Below, piece by piece: positions 1 to 12,800 of a DNA stretch of 64,000 nt. Source of the stretch: Pelomyxa schiedti. Its lineage: Eukaryota; Protista; Evosea. Made by a program: the position numbers and the translations under genes. Every line of letters begins with the position of its first letter. Within the stretch, counting starts at the first letter, position 1. Below the pieces are notes generated by a model. The model worked only from the letters and a program-made list of their open reading frames with translations, was not told the origin of the DNA and did not search any database. The stretch is from contig JAHLWZ010000427.1 of NCBI GenBank assembly GCA_020536535.1, positions 20,922-84,921 of the forward strand, given 5' to 3'.

Positions 1-56
1 TCGTCTCTTTTCATTTTTCTTTTTTTTTTTCTCCTGGCGGCCGCACGCGTGGTGCC

Positions 57-3000
57 ATGTCGCAGCCGTCGGCCTTGTCCGCTCACAAGAAGAACACCAA
101 GTTTCCGTTCCGCGTGTACCGCCAGGGCCTGACCCTGTCGCTCGACTTTGCGTCGCGCACCATCACGGGCGTCGCGGACCTGACCATCGTCGTGCGCAGC
201 GAGCCGGAGCTGAGGCGCGACGGCGTCGTGCTGCACTGTAGGCCCGGCTGCGCGGTCCTCGCCGCCGAGGTCAACGGCGTCGCGGCCAAGGTCGAGCGCC
301 GCGCCCCGGCCAACCCCGCGCCGCCGCCCCTGGCCCGCGACTACGCCACCTTCGTGGCGCACTACCGCGCGACGCAGGAGGCCAGCGCGAGCTCCGGCGA
401 CCTCGTGGTTCTGTGGCCCCCAAACTCGCAGCCCTACAAGCCGCATGGCGGCAGCAGCAGCAGCGGCAACGGCGCCAGCGCGAGCTCGAGCTCGGCAGCG
501 ACCAACGGCGGCGCTGGGGGAATATCTGGAAGCAGGGCACAGTCTCCTGGTTTGTGCAACGGCACGGGCGTGCCTCCCATAATCCGGCCGCCGTCGGCCT
601 TCTCGCCGGCGCTAGAGGCGCAGATGGCCTCCCCTTCGCCTTCGTTCTCGCCGTTCTCGCCTTCGTCTTGCGGCTCTCCACCCCCAACCACCAACTCCAC
701 GACAACTTCATCATCATCATCAACAACATCAACAAACACTTCTTCATCATCGTCATCAGTGGGTCTATCTAACATCAAACTGACCTACCGAGTTAATTTA
801 TCGGGGAACAGTGTGGTCAGATGGGTTGGGCACTCACCCAGCCACAGCACGCACACATCCACTTCATCCCAAGCTACGGCTGCCAGAACGCAATCAGAAA
901 GCAGCGATAGTGCACAGTACATGTACATATGTGCAGGATTGGGCAATTCCCCTTGTTGGATGCCATGTATAGATAACAGTAACGACAGACCGATTTGGGT
1001 TTTTGCCGTTACAGTACCTGAAGACATGTTAGTGGTGGCCCCAGGAAAGTTGACAAAGATTAGTTCCCCTGGTCCAAAGTAAGTGTTCTATGTTGTAACT
1101 TGTTACTAATATTTCTATTCAAGACTTCGCACTTTCCACTATTCTCTTGATATTCAAACTCTTCCACGTCACATAGGCTTAGCTGCTGGTTACTTTGAAG
1201 GTATGCAGGACCCAAATGTTCCGTCTTGTGCGCATCTTGTTCCTGCTGGCATGCTCCATTGTATAGAGCCTACGACATCATTCATTGGCAAAGCATTCAA
1301 GTTCTATTTGTTGTAATTTACAATTTCTGATGCAATACAAAGGTTCTACGAACAATTCTTGGATTGGTCTTTCCCCTACCCATTTTATACGGAAGTTTTT
1401 GTCCGCGATGCCCCTGATTTGATGTCAATATTTGCGGGTCTTTCCATTTTCGACTCTAGTTTACTGCTATCACCTGATTACTTGCATGAGGTGTGCAATA
1501 CCTCAGAAACATTTTTGGTGAAGAAGCAATATAGGGTACATCCAGCAGAGAGGCCCTCAGTTTAGCTTTAGCACAGCAGTGGTTTGGGTCCTTCATAAGT
1601 TTTAAGCAAACCCGTGATTTGTGGCTCCTTCTTGGCATTTCGGAATTTCTTGCAAGCCACTTCCTGACTTCCCTGTTGGGGCTTGTTTATGGACGGTACA
1701 TCACAATGAAGGTTATATCATGACCTTAACCTTCTTGCATTTGTGACCAATTTACTAGAGAAATGATTATGTTGTGGAAAAAGAATGGTGCACACCCCTT
1801 TCCGTTACTATCCACGATTACGTCCATCCCTGTGAATTACAGGCATCCAAGCGCTTTACTTTTAAATCTGCCCTCGTTATTGACGTTCTCGACAAAAAGT
1901 GCGGGACAGGAGGCGCCTCAATGCAAAAATTTCTGCGGTCTATCCTTAAACCTCGACCAGCTAAGTCCAAATCGTCACACAAACAACCGCCAAGTGTATC
2001 CCCTCAACAGCCACCCACGCAACAAACTAATGTTGTTATGGCTCCTCCAAAGAAAGTACTCTCTCATCGATGGTTTCTGAACACACTTTCATCTCATACT
2101 GGACAAGATTTAAAAGCACCAGTGGAGCGCTGGTTATATGGTCGCGGCTACCCTCCATTTTTGTGTGGATTCCAATATGACAAAAAGAAGAAGCATACGA
2201 AATTCGTTCTGAAACTTGACATGAAGGGTCGACATCCAGATGAAAAAATCTCTGGGAACATTGTTGTGTGCATGCATGAGGCAGATGGTGGGACATACAA
2301 CCACACTGTCGGCTTTGATGGAGAAATCAACATGACCGACTTGGAATGTCATGCTCGATTCCGAAAAGCCCGAGCACCCCAACAACCACCTCTTAAAGAA
2401 AGTCCTCTCCTTTGGGTCAGAATTGACCCCGAGTACGACATGATCAGAAAGATACTGTTCAAACAAAGTGAAGTGATGTGGATAGCACAGCTAGAGACAG
2501 ACAAAGATGTGCGTGCTCAATCAGAGGCAGCCAAAGCCCTTGCAGAGATGCCTACACGCACTGCTATTAGTGCTCTGGCCAATTTACTTTCAGATGATAA
2601 AGCTTTTTGGGCTGTAAGAGCGGAAGCTGCTTGGGCAATTTCCAAAACTACCACTGCTACCTCTGCAGTACCGTCAGCCGCAGCACCACATGACCTAACC
2701 CAACACGCTTTCGAGGTCCTCACTTCGTTCTATTGTAGCAGGTTTTTTCACCATCACAGCCCGCACAGTGCAAACCAAAATTCTACAAGTGCAAGCGCGG
2801 ATCCAAGCCCACAACAGACTGCCCTTAAAAATGAAGGCTGGCCTGCCCCTCACGACTTCCGCAATTTTTCTTTGTACCTGGTAAAGAAGTCTATACCGCC
2901 CGCACTGGGATTGCTATGTAATCCCGATGGGACTGTTTACAATCCAGCCTTCAAGTTCTTGCTGCTACTTCTGAAAGCAAATGACAATTCTCACAATGAG

Positions 3001-3963
3001 TACTCCGATTCGGAATTTATTGCCAGTGTACTCAACTCTCTAGCATCACTGAAAATACATGGTAGAGGAGAGACTCGGAGCATTGAAAAACAAGCAAGGA
3101 GGTTTCTGGAGATTGATAGAATATTGCCATCAAAGGAAAATGTAGTTACATGTGCATGCTTGGGTGCTTTGTCGTCTCTTCAGGCAGAGGGGCAGAGCCC
3201 CCCGGACTTGAATTTCTTCTGGGACTATGCAAGATATCAGTAAGATTCGCCAAGGAATCCTAAATTTAAATAAATTGAAATCAGTCTCAAGTCATTTACT
3301 AAGTGGTCTATTCACAGATCCCCCAGTATTCGGGCCAAAGCTCTCCAGTGCATTGCACAACTCGCTTTGCAAGATCAATTTGGGAAACTTCTCTTAGCCA
3401 TTCAAAGTGACACATCTGCAAAGGTGCAACTATTACTGGTGGAGTACCTCATAAGCATCCCCCGGGACCAGTTTAAACCCTTCGCAACGAAGAGTATAGC
3501 CAACCAGACACTGGTAAACACTATGTGGGAAATGATGTGCAATTGCCCCGATTACCTGCTGCGGTCATATCTACTTAAACTTTACAAACATGTATGCACT
3601 TCTCATTTTCCGCATTTGGATTTGTTCTCACGACAGGAAAACAAAACAAAACAAAACAAAAAAAAACAAAAAAAAAAGATATGGGGAGTTGGGACACCAC
3701 AGCCAGTTTTCAAGCAAGACGTCCCAGCACTGTCACAAGTGAAACAATTTCTTCAATTTGGGAGAAAAAACACCGAGTACGGGTTCGTTGTTAAACCAGC
3801 ATCAATGATTCCAGACACACTAGACTCCACACTACCCCCACCACCTCTCATCCCACTCCAGCAGTCACTCTCTACATCCTCAACCAAGATACACATCCGC
3901 ACAACTGGGACCACACCCACCATAATGGAAGATCAGAGCGTTGATGAAGTTGCGAGGTTCTGA
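57..3963 (+). CDS. TAF2: TFIID subunit 2 (M1-aminopeptidase-like fold), multi-exon
   Basis: Spliced ORFs give TAF2 motifs: CWMPCIDNSNDRPIW, TFHYSLDIQTLPRHIGLAAGYFE, FEFYEQFLDWSFPY-like segment, ERWLYGRGYP, LLWVRIDPEYDMIRKI, MWIAQLETDKDVRAQSEAAKAL, FWAVRAEAA, NDNSHNEYSDSEFIA. A Ser/Gly/Pro-rich insertion lies in exon 1. Confidence 0.9.
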
Positions 3964-4146
3964 ACTCCTTATGGGAATATCCACTCTCTCCCAGTTGAAC
4001 ACACTAAGGTAAAACACAACTCTCATGCCACTGCCAAACAAAAAAAAAAAAGAAAAGGAAAAGCACGTAATAAATCCTATTTGCAGTGTCTTTTATGACA
4101 CTATTTGGTTGGCATACACTTTGAGTTTCTTTGCGTTTTGTGTTTC

Positions 4147-7129
4147 TTACTGGAAGATGAAGTGAAGGTTTGATGGTGCCAAGGAATGAAGATTGAGAGT
4201 GACGGTCATATTCCATGTACCCGGTTCAGCAACTGCGGGTGCTTCGCACTGGACTTCCGTTTCTGAAATAAAGTAGCCAAATCCGGCTAGTTTGCCCTCT
4301 GTCTCGGAGTTCCACCAGACACCTTATTTTCGTGAATACAGGATAGGATTAAAGGGTTGAAATCATACAAGCAAGGCAATCATAGTCAAAACCACTGATT
4401 GGGCTGCATGGTCCCTTGAAGGCCTGGAAACCCTCACCCTTGACTGAAACCATGTAACCACCAGTTATGGACCCATAGCCGGGCTGAAGGTAGTCCAACT
4501 TGGGTTGGTCTGAAGAGTTTGGGGTTAAAGGAGTAAAATGCTGTTATGTCTCACCATAGAAGAGGATGTTCATTGGAAGAGACCAGTCAGCGTCCTGAAC
4601 TGGGGTAGTAACGAAATTCGGGTCGCTTGCAATGGCATAATTAACGGTTCTTTCGGTGCCTTGGAAGGCTGGAAGTTCGATCCCGGCATATTGGTTCCAA
4701 CCAGATGTTGTTCCGTAATAGGTAAAGGGGTGAGTTGTTTGGGAGTAAACAGCACCATCGATCTGAAAGAAGTTGTCCAGTAAGGAAGAGAAAATACTCC
4801 TGGCAATACAACCTTCATATAAGTCGTGCAACCTTCACATCCTGAGGTGTAAATTGCAGTCGTGCCTCCACTCGTTGGAATGTAGGAAGGATAGGCACCC
4901 CACAAAGTATATTGGGAACCTACGAGGAAATTAACAAAACTAAAGCTCGGTAGGGTATTTACAAGGCTCATCAGTCATGCCAATTGCACCCAGCAAGCTT
5001 TCTTGGTAGAGTTAGAGTACAGAGATGACACCAAGTCGTAAATACCGAGAACAACGCAGTCATCCTGCTCAACATGTTGGGTAGTATTTTGACCAAATTG
5101 GTCAACAAGATAGGCATCATCGAACAGTAAGTCTTGGCAAGCCATTTTAAGATGTGTTGCGTATTCAGAGAAAGTTTCAGAGGATGTCTGATACTCGTAT
5201 TTTGCTTGGAAGAAAATATGCCATGCCTAGTGAACCGTCACAACAATATAGCCCGTTGAAAAACTACTTTTAGAAGTCCAATTCCGTTGAACAGAGGACC
5301 ATGGAAATATCCACCATCGGCCAGTATAGAAAACAAAGCACTAGGAGGACCTCAAAACGACATGAGCACTCGGGATCACAACTCAAAACTTACCACAGTT
5401 ATCGTGAACACCATTCATGTCGTAGGGATAGCATATCAATTCAGAAATAAGCTCAGGGTTGTCGTAGCAAGTGGGATTGTACAGATCACGCAACCCTGTA
5501 CTTGGCTTAGTGAAACGGCGCTGGGTACGCTACTACCATCATCAAACATTTCGCAATCATCGCCGCAGATCCATCTCTTTTCTGTGGCTGTAGTGGTATC
5601 CAAGCACTTTCGATCAAGGCTGCGTGGCTCGTAGTATCCTGTGGAAAACAAGTTAGGGAATAGGGAAAAGAACTGTACACTTACCACTCCCGTTCCAGAA
5701 TTGAGAAAAGGTTTCTGCAATAGTATCAGAGAAAGCTTCTTGCAGAGCACCAGACATATATTCATAAACGCCGTTGTCGAGGCACGATGTAAGAGCGTGT
5801 CCGAGTTCGTGAGTAGCAACTAAAAATGTAAGGGGAGTCTTGTTGGTTGGAAGGCGAGTTACTATCAAAGCGAGACAATCCAGTGCAAAACCAGGTCATA
5901 TTATCTTCTGGTGAAAAGTATGCATTGGGGCAAATGAAGTCAACCATGTAGACGTTGCCAATAAGCGCGGAATCTTTGCGGAAATCAGAGAAAAGAGGAG
6001 AAAAAAATAACATGCCTTGGTTGTCAAAGCTAGCCCAGTGGTACATGTTCCACAGAGTTGTGTAGTAAGACCCAGCAGCATTCAGGAAGGAAGTTGCTTC
6101 GAAATCGTCAACTGGCATAGAGTCACCCTCGACCCAGTATGGGGTGGTAGAAGGGTAGTAACGCACTTCCCTGTTAAAATATAAGGAATAGGTAATAAAA
6201 GTTACAGATAGTAGGTTACCTGTACATTGAGCCTCGCATAACATCTCTCACACCTAGAACATTTCCTGTATGTGCATCCACTAAGAAATTGCTAGGGGGT
6301 GAAAAGTCAGAAAGAGTATGATTTGTAAGGACTTGTACTATTTAAAGAACTTGGAGGCTTCTGAGCGAAGCTGGACTTTGTAGATCAAGTGGTTTTCGCC
6401 AATGTAATCTGATGTCATTCCAGTTCGATAAACCGCCAAGGAGATCTTTTCCATTTTCATGTCTAAAAAAAAAAATTAACTAAAGGAGAGAAGTCTCCAA
6501 AATACCTGTTGGGAAGGTAATTTGTCGGAGGGGTGTAGATTTGGTCATAAGAGAAGCATCGTACAGTGCTCTGCTTATGGCACTTTCCTCACTCAGTGTT
6601 GGGATGTGCTTCAAAGTAATTCTAGAGTTTACATCAATTTCTCTTCTTCTTGAGTAAGGATACAAACCCGTCGACCATCTTGCACGAAACTTGAACAATT
6701 TTGTTGTCCGAGTCGAAAACAGCTTTCATTCCGGCCCCTGTCAATGGTTAACAGAGACATAGAAAAAAATTAATGTAGTTAATGCCTTCCACAGGAATGC
6801 CATGGAATGTCTGTCTGAAAATGACTATTTCTTGGGACCTGTCACCATATATTTTTGGCATCCTGCTAACCACTTCCAAGTCTCTAACAGTAATATCAGT
6901 GAAGTGACCCTGAAGGAACCTAAGGAACAGAAAGTGAGGAACGCAAGCACAAACCTCAAAGGAAAAAATACCATGCCAAGTTCTGGTCCCTTGTCATAAA
7001 TGGACACTCGTGTGGTTCCATTCTCACAACCAGAGGTCCATTTGTAGATCTGCTGCGACCAAAGAGTTGTCGTGATTCCGCACACAACCAAAGGCAAGCC
7101 ACAACGAAGATGAACCCCAACACCTTCAT
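4147..7129 (-). CDS. Secreted thermolysin-family (M4) metallopeptidase preproprotein with C-terminal IPT/Ig-like extension, multi-exon
   Basis: Signal peptide MKVLGFIFVVACLWLCAES starts at 7129. Pro-region is FTP/PepSY-like. Catalytic motifs: NAYF, THELGHALT (HExxH), GALQEAFSD (third zinc ligand), DMNGVHDNCG (thermolysin DNGGVHxNSG), ILADGGYFHG..GIGLLK, AWHIFFQAKYEYQTSSETFSEY. The 3' end may instead extend to ~4004. Confidence 0.85.
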
Positions 7130-7333
7130 CTTTGTTTAACCACTGCGATCTGCTCTTTCTTCTACTGGGTTAAATTAAATTTCTTGAAAAAATCTTCTTG
7201 CGAAAGAGCGCCGGGTTTTTAAATAGGCCGAAAAAACAAAAAGTTCGTTCGAATTTTTCTTTTGGGGTGATGGTTTTGGGGTGTATTATTTAAAGTGTTA
7301 CACAGGGGTTTGATAGGGAAGAATGGTGCCTCG

Positions 7334-9609
7334 TCAATGGACACCTGTCAATTTGGCCTTCTCTTGCTCTATCTTTTCACGCAACTGTGATTCTCGTTCC
7401 TTCGAATATCCACATAGAGTGACGAGGTTTTTAGAGTTGGCCCGGAGTTGTTGTAGGGCCTGTTGATTGTGTTGGGCAAGGAGGGACAGTTTATCTGTGG
7501 AACAGTCATTAGACAAATCAAATGCGTCATTTTGAGGTTGGAACCTTGAAGTGTTTGCAAGCGAGATAAAGTTGGATTTTCTGTCAAGAGACTTGATACC
7601 TCTTTTGCTTTAGTGGCACACTGTTCAAGTATTTCTTTCTCCTACTATGTGGTTGGCTTGGTTTTCTTGGTGAGTAATACCTTGACCGGTATATCGGATT
7701 TTCGAGTAGAATTTAGGCGTTCCTGTTCGTGAGTGCGTTCCAATTGCATAATTTTTTCATATTGCTGCTGAAGGTCCAAATTGGCTAGAGTAATTAGAGG
7801 AGAAAAATGAGTTGAAAGAGAAACCCTTTTGAAGACTTGCATTGAGGGTGTCAATACGATTCTTTTGGGCTGTGTCGCGTTCTCGGAAAGTCCTGAGAGT
7901 GCTTAGTGGGGAAAATCGTACAAAACAAAATACTTCTCAACTTCCTGAAAATGCACATGCCAGTCAATAGATTTCTCTTTCCCCTTTTTGGGTTTCTTTG
8001 GCAGATTTGCTGATTTGGTTGTTTCAAGAACTGAATTATATTTTGTGCGCCAGCTAATCTCTGCAGTCCTCGCCGCTTTTGCCTATTTACAGTGTCACCT
8101 TTGTGTTAACTAAGTAAACGCAACCTCCGTATCAATATCTTGAATTTGGGTGGTGGTTGCTTTGATAAATTGCGTCATCAGTGCTTTCCAAGCCGGATCA
8201 GATGACTGTGTGTCAAGGGGTGTAGTGGCAGTGGCTAGTATTGCGGCTGCAACAGTGGACATTATAATAGAAGGGGATACCCCTGCAGAAGGTGTACCTT
8301 GGGTAGTTGGAGGCAGCAAATTACCTGCACTTGGTCTTTGCGTGGATGCTGCAATGCGTTGTGGTTGCTCTGCAGTAGGCATAGGTGTTGTAAGAAGGGA
8401 TTGTGCACTGGTCCTCTGTGTTGTTGCGCCAATTCGCTGTGGCTCGCTCGGTGGCATCAGTGGAGATTGGGGAGGGGGAATAGACGGGGCAGCAATGTCA
8501 TCGACTGGGGGAGGTGGATCAATTGAAGTAGGAGCGGGCGGTTGAATCGGTGTTGCACAGTGCTCAGGTTCCATAAGTGTGGAAGGTGTTGCATTTGTGC
8601 TGGATGGAGGCGGTGCTAAGCTTGTCACTGGTGGGGTTGGTGCAACTTTTACTGGTATTTCAGCAGCTGGTGGGGGGATGAGATCAAGTGGAAGTTGGTC
8701 TGGTGGTGGCAAAGGAGGGAGAGTTTCATCCTTGGTTCCTGGGAGCGGTGGAGGTGGAGTGGCTGAATCAACGGCATTGTCAGGATAATTTGAGGAGTCA
8801 GCTGGTGGTGTGCCTTTACATCATGAGATTATTTCACATAAAAACTATGAAAGGAAAAAAGCAATAACAACAAAAAAAGAGAGAAGAAATATTCAGGTAG
8901 TAACTAACCTGGGACTCCCTCTGAACCTGAAATTGGGATTTAAAAAAAAAATCACTTCAGAGCCAACAAACCATCAATAAATTGTAAATAGTTCTTAGGG
9001 AAGAAGCCAACAGACTTTTTGTGGCTAACCAACCACCAGTCAGGAGATGACCAGTCCAGTACGTTGACTACGGTTCCTTCTTCAAGAAGAAGTCTTCCAT
9101 CACCTTTTGGGTTTTTCACCATTGAGGGTGAAAACAGAGAGTATACCAGGTTCTGTAAAAGAAAAAAGAACATTGGCTGGTCTTGCTTCCAGTGCCTCCA
9201 CAAAGGCCGCAGGGAAAAATCCTACCTGTTACGTTTCTTCAAGGTTACAAAAAGAAAACCAGAAGAATTGCACCTTTCCATTGAGGTCTCCTTGCCACCA
9301 CTCATCATCAACTTGTTTTTATTGAATCACAGAGGGAAAAAAAGGTAAAAGCTAAAAAAAAAGCACCTTTGCAGTGGAGAATAATGAGGTCGTCCGGCTT
9401 TATATGAAGCACGTTCGGGCCTTGAAAAAGATAGTTACATAGAGTCCCTTAAATGAAAATGGTTTGCAAACCATCTGATGCGTACTCAAAGAGAACTCGA
9501 TACAATTGTGCTGTTTGACACATTGTCAGCAAATACGGAGTATTGAGACTAAACTAAAAAAAAAAAACTCACGAGTGAAGTCTTCACCAAGCTGGACAAC
9601 CCCAGCCAT
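7334..9609 (-). CDS. Tandem-SH3 adaptor with Pro-rich middle and C-terminal coiled coil (CD2AP/CIN85-like architecture)
   Basis: SH3-1: LYRVLFE..VLHIKPDDLIILHCK/DDEWWQGDLNGK/VGFFPAAFV. SH3-2: LLEEGTVVNVLDWSSPDWWLVSHKKSVGFFPKNYLQ. PxxP-rich ORF at 8110-8712. Heptad-like C-terminus ending EKIEQEKAKLTGVH*. Confidence 0.75.
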
Positions 9610-9871
9610 TTTTTTTTGTTCCTTTCTTTCTGTTTCTGGTAACAACTTTCGATACGAAAAAAGCCTGGCCAAGAACGAAAAGACAGCCTGAGGGGTCTCA
9701 GGATGCCAGAGAAAAAGCACCAATTACACAGTGTGGCATCGTTGGGAAGGCAATCTCGAAGACTGCACTCTGGTAGCCCTGGACTCTGAGACGAAACGGC
9801 TTCTCGGAATTGACATCCACTTCTTTCTTTGTTTTCAACTGTTTCAGTTTTGTCTAGAGTCACAACCAACC

Positions 9872-12800
9872 ATGAGCAAGACCAAGGACAAGGACAAGGA
9901 CAAAAGTACGACACACACGTCGCCCTCCCATAATCCTAGTTTTCCCGTGCGTTGTTGCTCGTTGTGTCGCCTAACCCCCGTGTTGTTCCAAAACCCAGAA
10001 GCGAGCCAGGTCCCAGAGTCACCCGTCGTCGCTTCGCCCACGGAGAAACCCGACAAATCAGAGAAGAGATTCCTCCGAACAACGAAACGAGCCTCTACCA
10101 GCGTTCTTACCAGATCCGCCCAGTCCCAACCAGATTCCCAGCCCGCCGTCTCTTCGCCGACAACGACCACCACAACTTCCACTTCTACGCCGCCAACTTC
10201 AACCACAAGTAGCACCCCGAGCACTCCCGGAAATTCCAGCGAAAGTTCCCCTTCCGGCTCCGACCATTCCAGAACAAGCAGCTCGAATTCCGGCGGGGAC
10301 CACGGCGACCCAGCCTCAGTAGATATAACACTGACTAAACAGCCCGTTCCTTCTACTTCGCCGACACTCGTGGAACCAACCAAGTCAGGATCTGCCACTA
10401 GTTCTACAACAGCAACAACAACAACCGTGCCCTGCACGCCCGACACAAAAAACGCCGTGAAGAAGAAGCACTGGTGGTCCCGAGGAGGCTCCTCGAATGA
10501 TCCTGGGACTCCGGGGCCTGAATCTACTACAACAATGGCACCTTCCACTCCCGCGCCTGGAACTCCGGGCCCCGACGCGACTTCGATGGGCCGGCGGCCG
10601 TCTATTCCGCCGCCGATTTCGGTCTCGGCGTCGAGCTCTGGCAGGGAATTGATGCCTTCAAAGGAGGAAGTTGAGAGTCTCTTTGACAAGTACGTTGTGC
10701 AGCTTGGCCTCCTTCCAAAGACAATGGACGTAAATATTTTGCCACTACAGATGAAATGGCAAATGGCAAGTCAAGCTCTAGGAAAAGCAGAGTACCTCAA
10801 AGTGATATCCTTCCTCATTTGTGGTTTGTTTCACTCTAAGAGAAAAAAAAAAAAAACCATCAGAACACTGGAGACTCTGTTTCTAGTTTTACTATAAAAC
10901 TTGCTTCTGAGCCATCCCCTGATGTATTGCAACACTTGGCAATCCAGCTCAAAGGCAAACCTTTGGAATGGATTGCAGAGTATGCCAAAACAATTTCTTT
11001 TTTTCTATTAGTGATTGTGAGGACAGATTCATTGAAAAGAAAGGATTACCACTACTTGTTAACAGGCTTATAGCGTCACTCTCCTCAATGAAACCGTATT
11101 CATCCCTTTTCTCAGTAGCTCTAGTTACTAAAACTCTCCTTTCTGATAGAGTCTCTCCTGAACAAGCAGAATGTGATAAGTGGACAGTTTTATCATTGCG
11201 TGCTTTGATGAACAACAAGCATGGAATGAACGCCTTACTCAATAGCCAAGAAGCTGTGACAGCAATTACTTTCTGTTTGGCTGCGCCACATCTTCAGCCA
11301 CAGGTGGAGGAGGTCCTAAAGATACTTATCAGCATTTGTGCAGTTGAAGATGGCAATGGATTGAAGTCCGCAACCAATACTATTATTGCTTTTTATTTTT
11401 GACTTGGAAAAATAGGTTTGTGTTGATGGCTATGACTGCTTTAAGAGACTTCTTGCATGAAAAGCTTCGCTTCCAGCATCTAGTGAACTCCATGGCCCGA
11501 GCAGATGATTTCGAAATGAAAGCGAAATACCTAGCTTTTATTAATGAGATTATAATGGAAACGCATGATGTTGACAATCGCGTGTCTCTTAGACGTGAAT
11601 TCATTTCTGTAGGATTGCAGGCAGCAATTTCTGTACGGCGATACTTGACTACAAAAGAATTTTGACTTTTCTAGGCTTCCAGCCAGAAGGCCAAGGTCAC
11701 TCCATTTCGAGAAGATTGTTCCAAATTCCTTACGCAAGTGGATGCTTTTAATGAGTGTAATGAGCTTGATGACCAAATTCTTCATCAGAGATTGTCAGCT
11801 CTATTTTGGGGTGTGGACCCAAGTGTGGACTTAACGTACTTCCAGCTTTTTTTCTTTGTTTTTTTTTTTTAAATTCGTCCTAGTGATAAGCAGGCGGTTT
11901 TCGAGGCACTATCCAAAAATATGCATGGGTTCAGAATGGATAAATCATTACTCGAAATTCTTGTAAACATGTACCTTTTGACATTGGCCAAAGATTCCAA
12001 GTATGCAACCTCTTTCGTTATTGTGGTAGTTTCACCTTTTATTGACAGCATTTACAAATTGTTCATGTGTGAACATGCAATAAGGGAAATTACTCAATCA
12101 CAGACTCTTGCAAAAGAAGTTGATTACAGAGCAGGTTTTTTTTTCCTTTTCTATCTTGATTATCTTAATCCCCGAAAAGCCAACATTACAGCTGTTACTC
12201 TTGTTGCCCCACAGAATCGACTACAGGAGTCTCTCGCATTGGCACACGCGTTGCAGGGCCAATTAACAACACTTCAGTCAGCGATATCAGTACCAACTTC
12301 GCCGGTTGCATCCTCCTCACATGTTTCCCATTCAACACAACAGTCAGCCTCCGCTACTTCCAGTAGCCCCAACGCTGAAAGTAGTGATCCTGTCGCTCTA
12401 CTGCATCTACTCTGTTCAACAGTTTCTGCACTTGAAGCTGACCTAACCAAGCAAACTGTTCTTCAAGCTTCTCAATTTGATGTGTTTCTTCAGGAAATGG
12501 TTAAAATGTATCCACCCTCCACTTCTTTACCTCCCATTATACAAAAGGCCACAGTAGGTACAGAGGAACTTTATGTATTTTATCTAACTCTACAAAGGTG
12601 TTCCAGTTTCTGCCGCAGTCTCAACCCCAACTCCTCCAGATTCAACCAGCACGCCCACGAGCGCACCTCCGACCAATGACTCCGACTCCAGTACAACACC
12701 CACTACCTCTGACAGTAGTGCCACTACCTCTGCAGTGCAAGATAGTGAGGCACCTTCAGGTGGGCCTCCTCCACCACCGCCCCCTCCACCGCCCCCCGTG

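Noticed and set aside
1079-1800. Frequent in-frame stops in conserved genes, suggesting a variant genetic code or pseudogenes
   Set aside because: Stops fall within short GT-AG introns with branch-point motifs; spliced frames are open under the standard code.
9844-10689. Long antisense or alternate-frame ORFs (also 12848-13129, 28217-28609, 49368-50381, 49763-50437, 59453-60004, 63085-63780)
   Set aside because: Shadow ORFs of GC-rich or low-complexity coding sequence on the other strand or frame, with no independent motifs.
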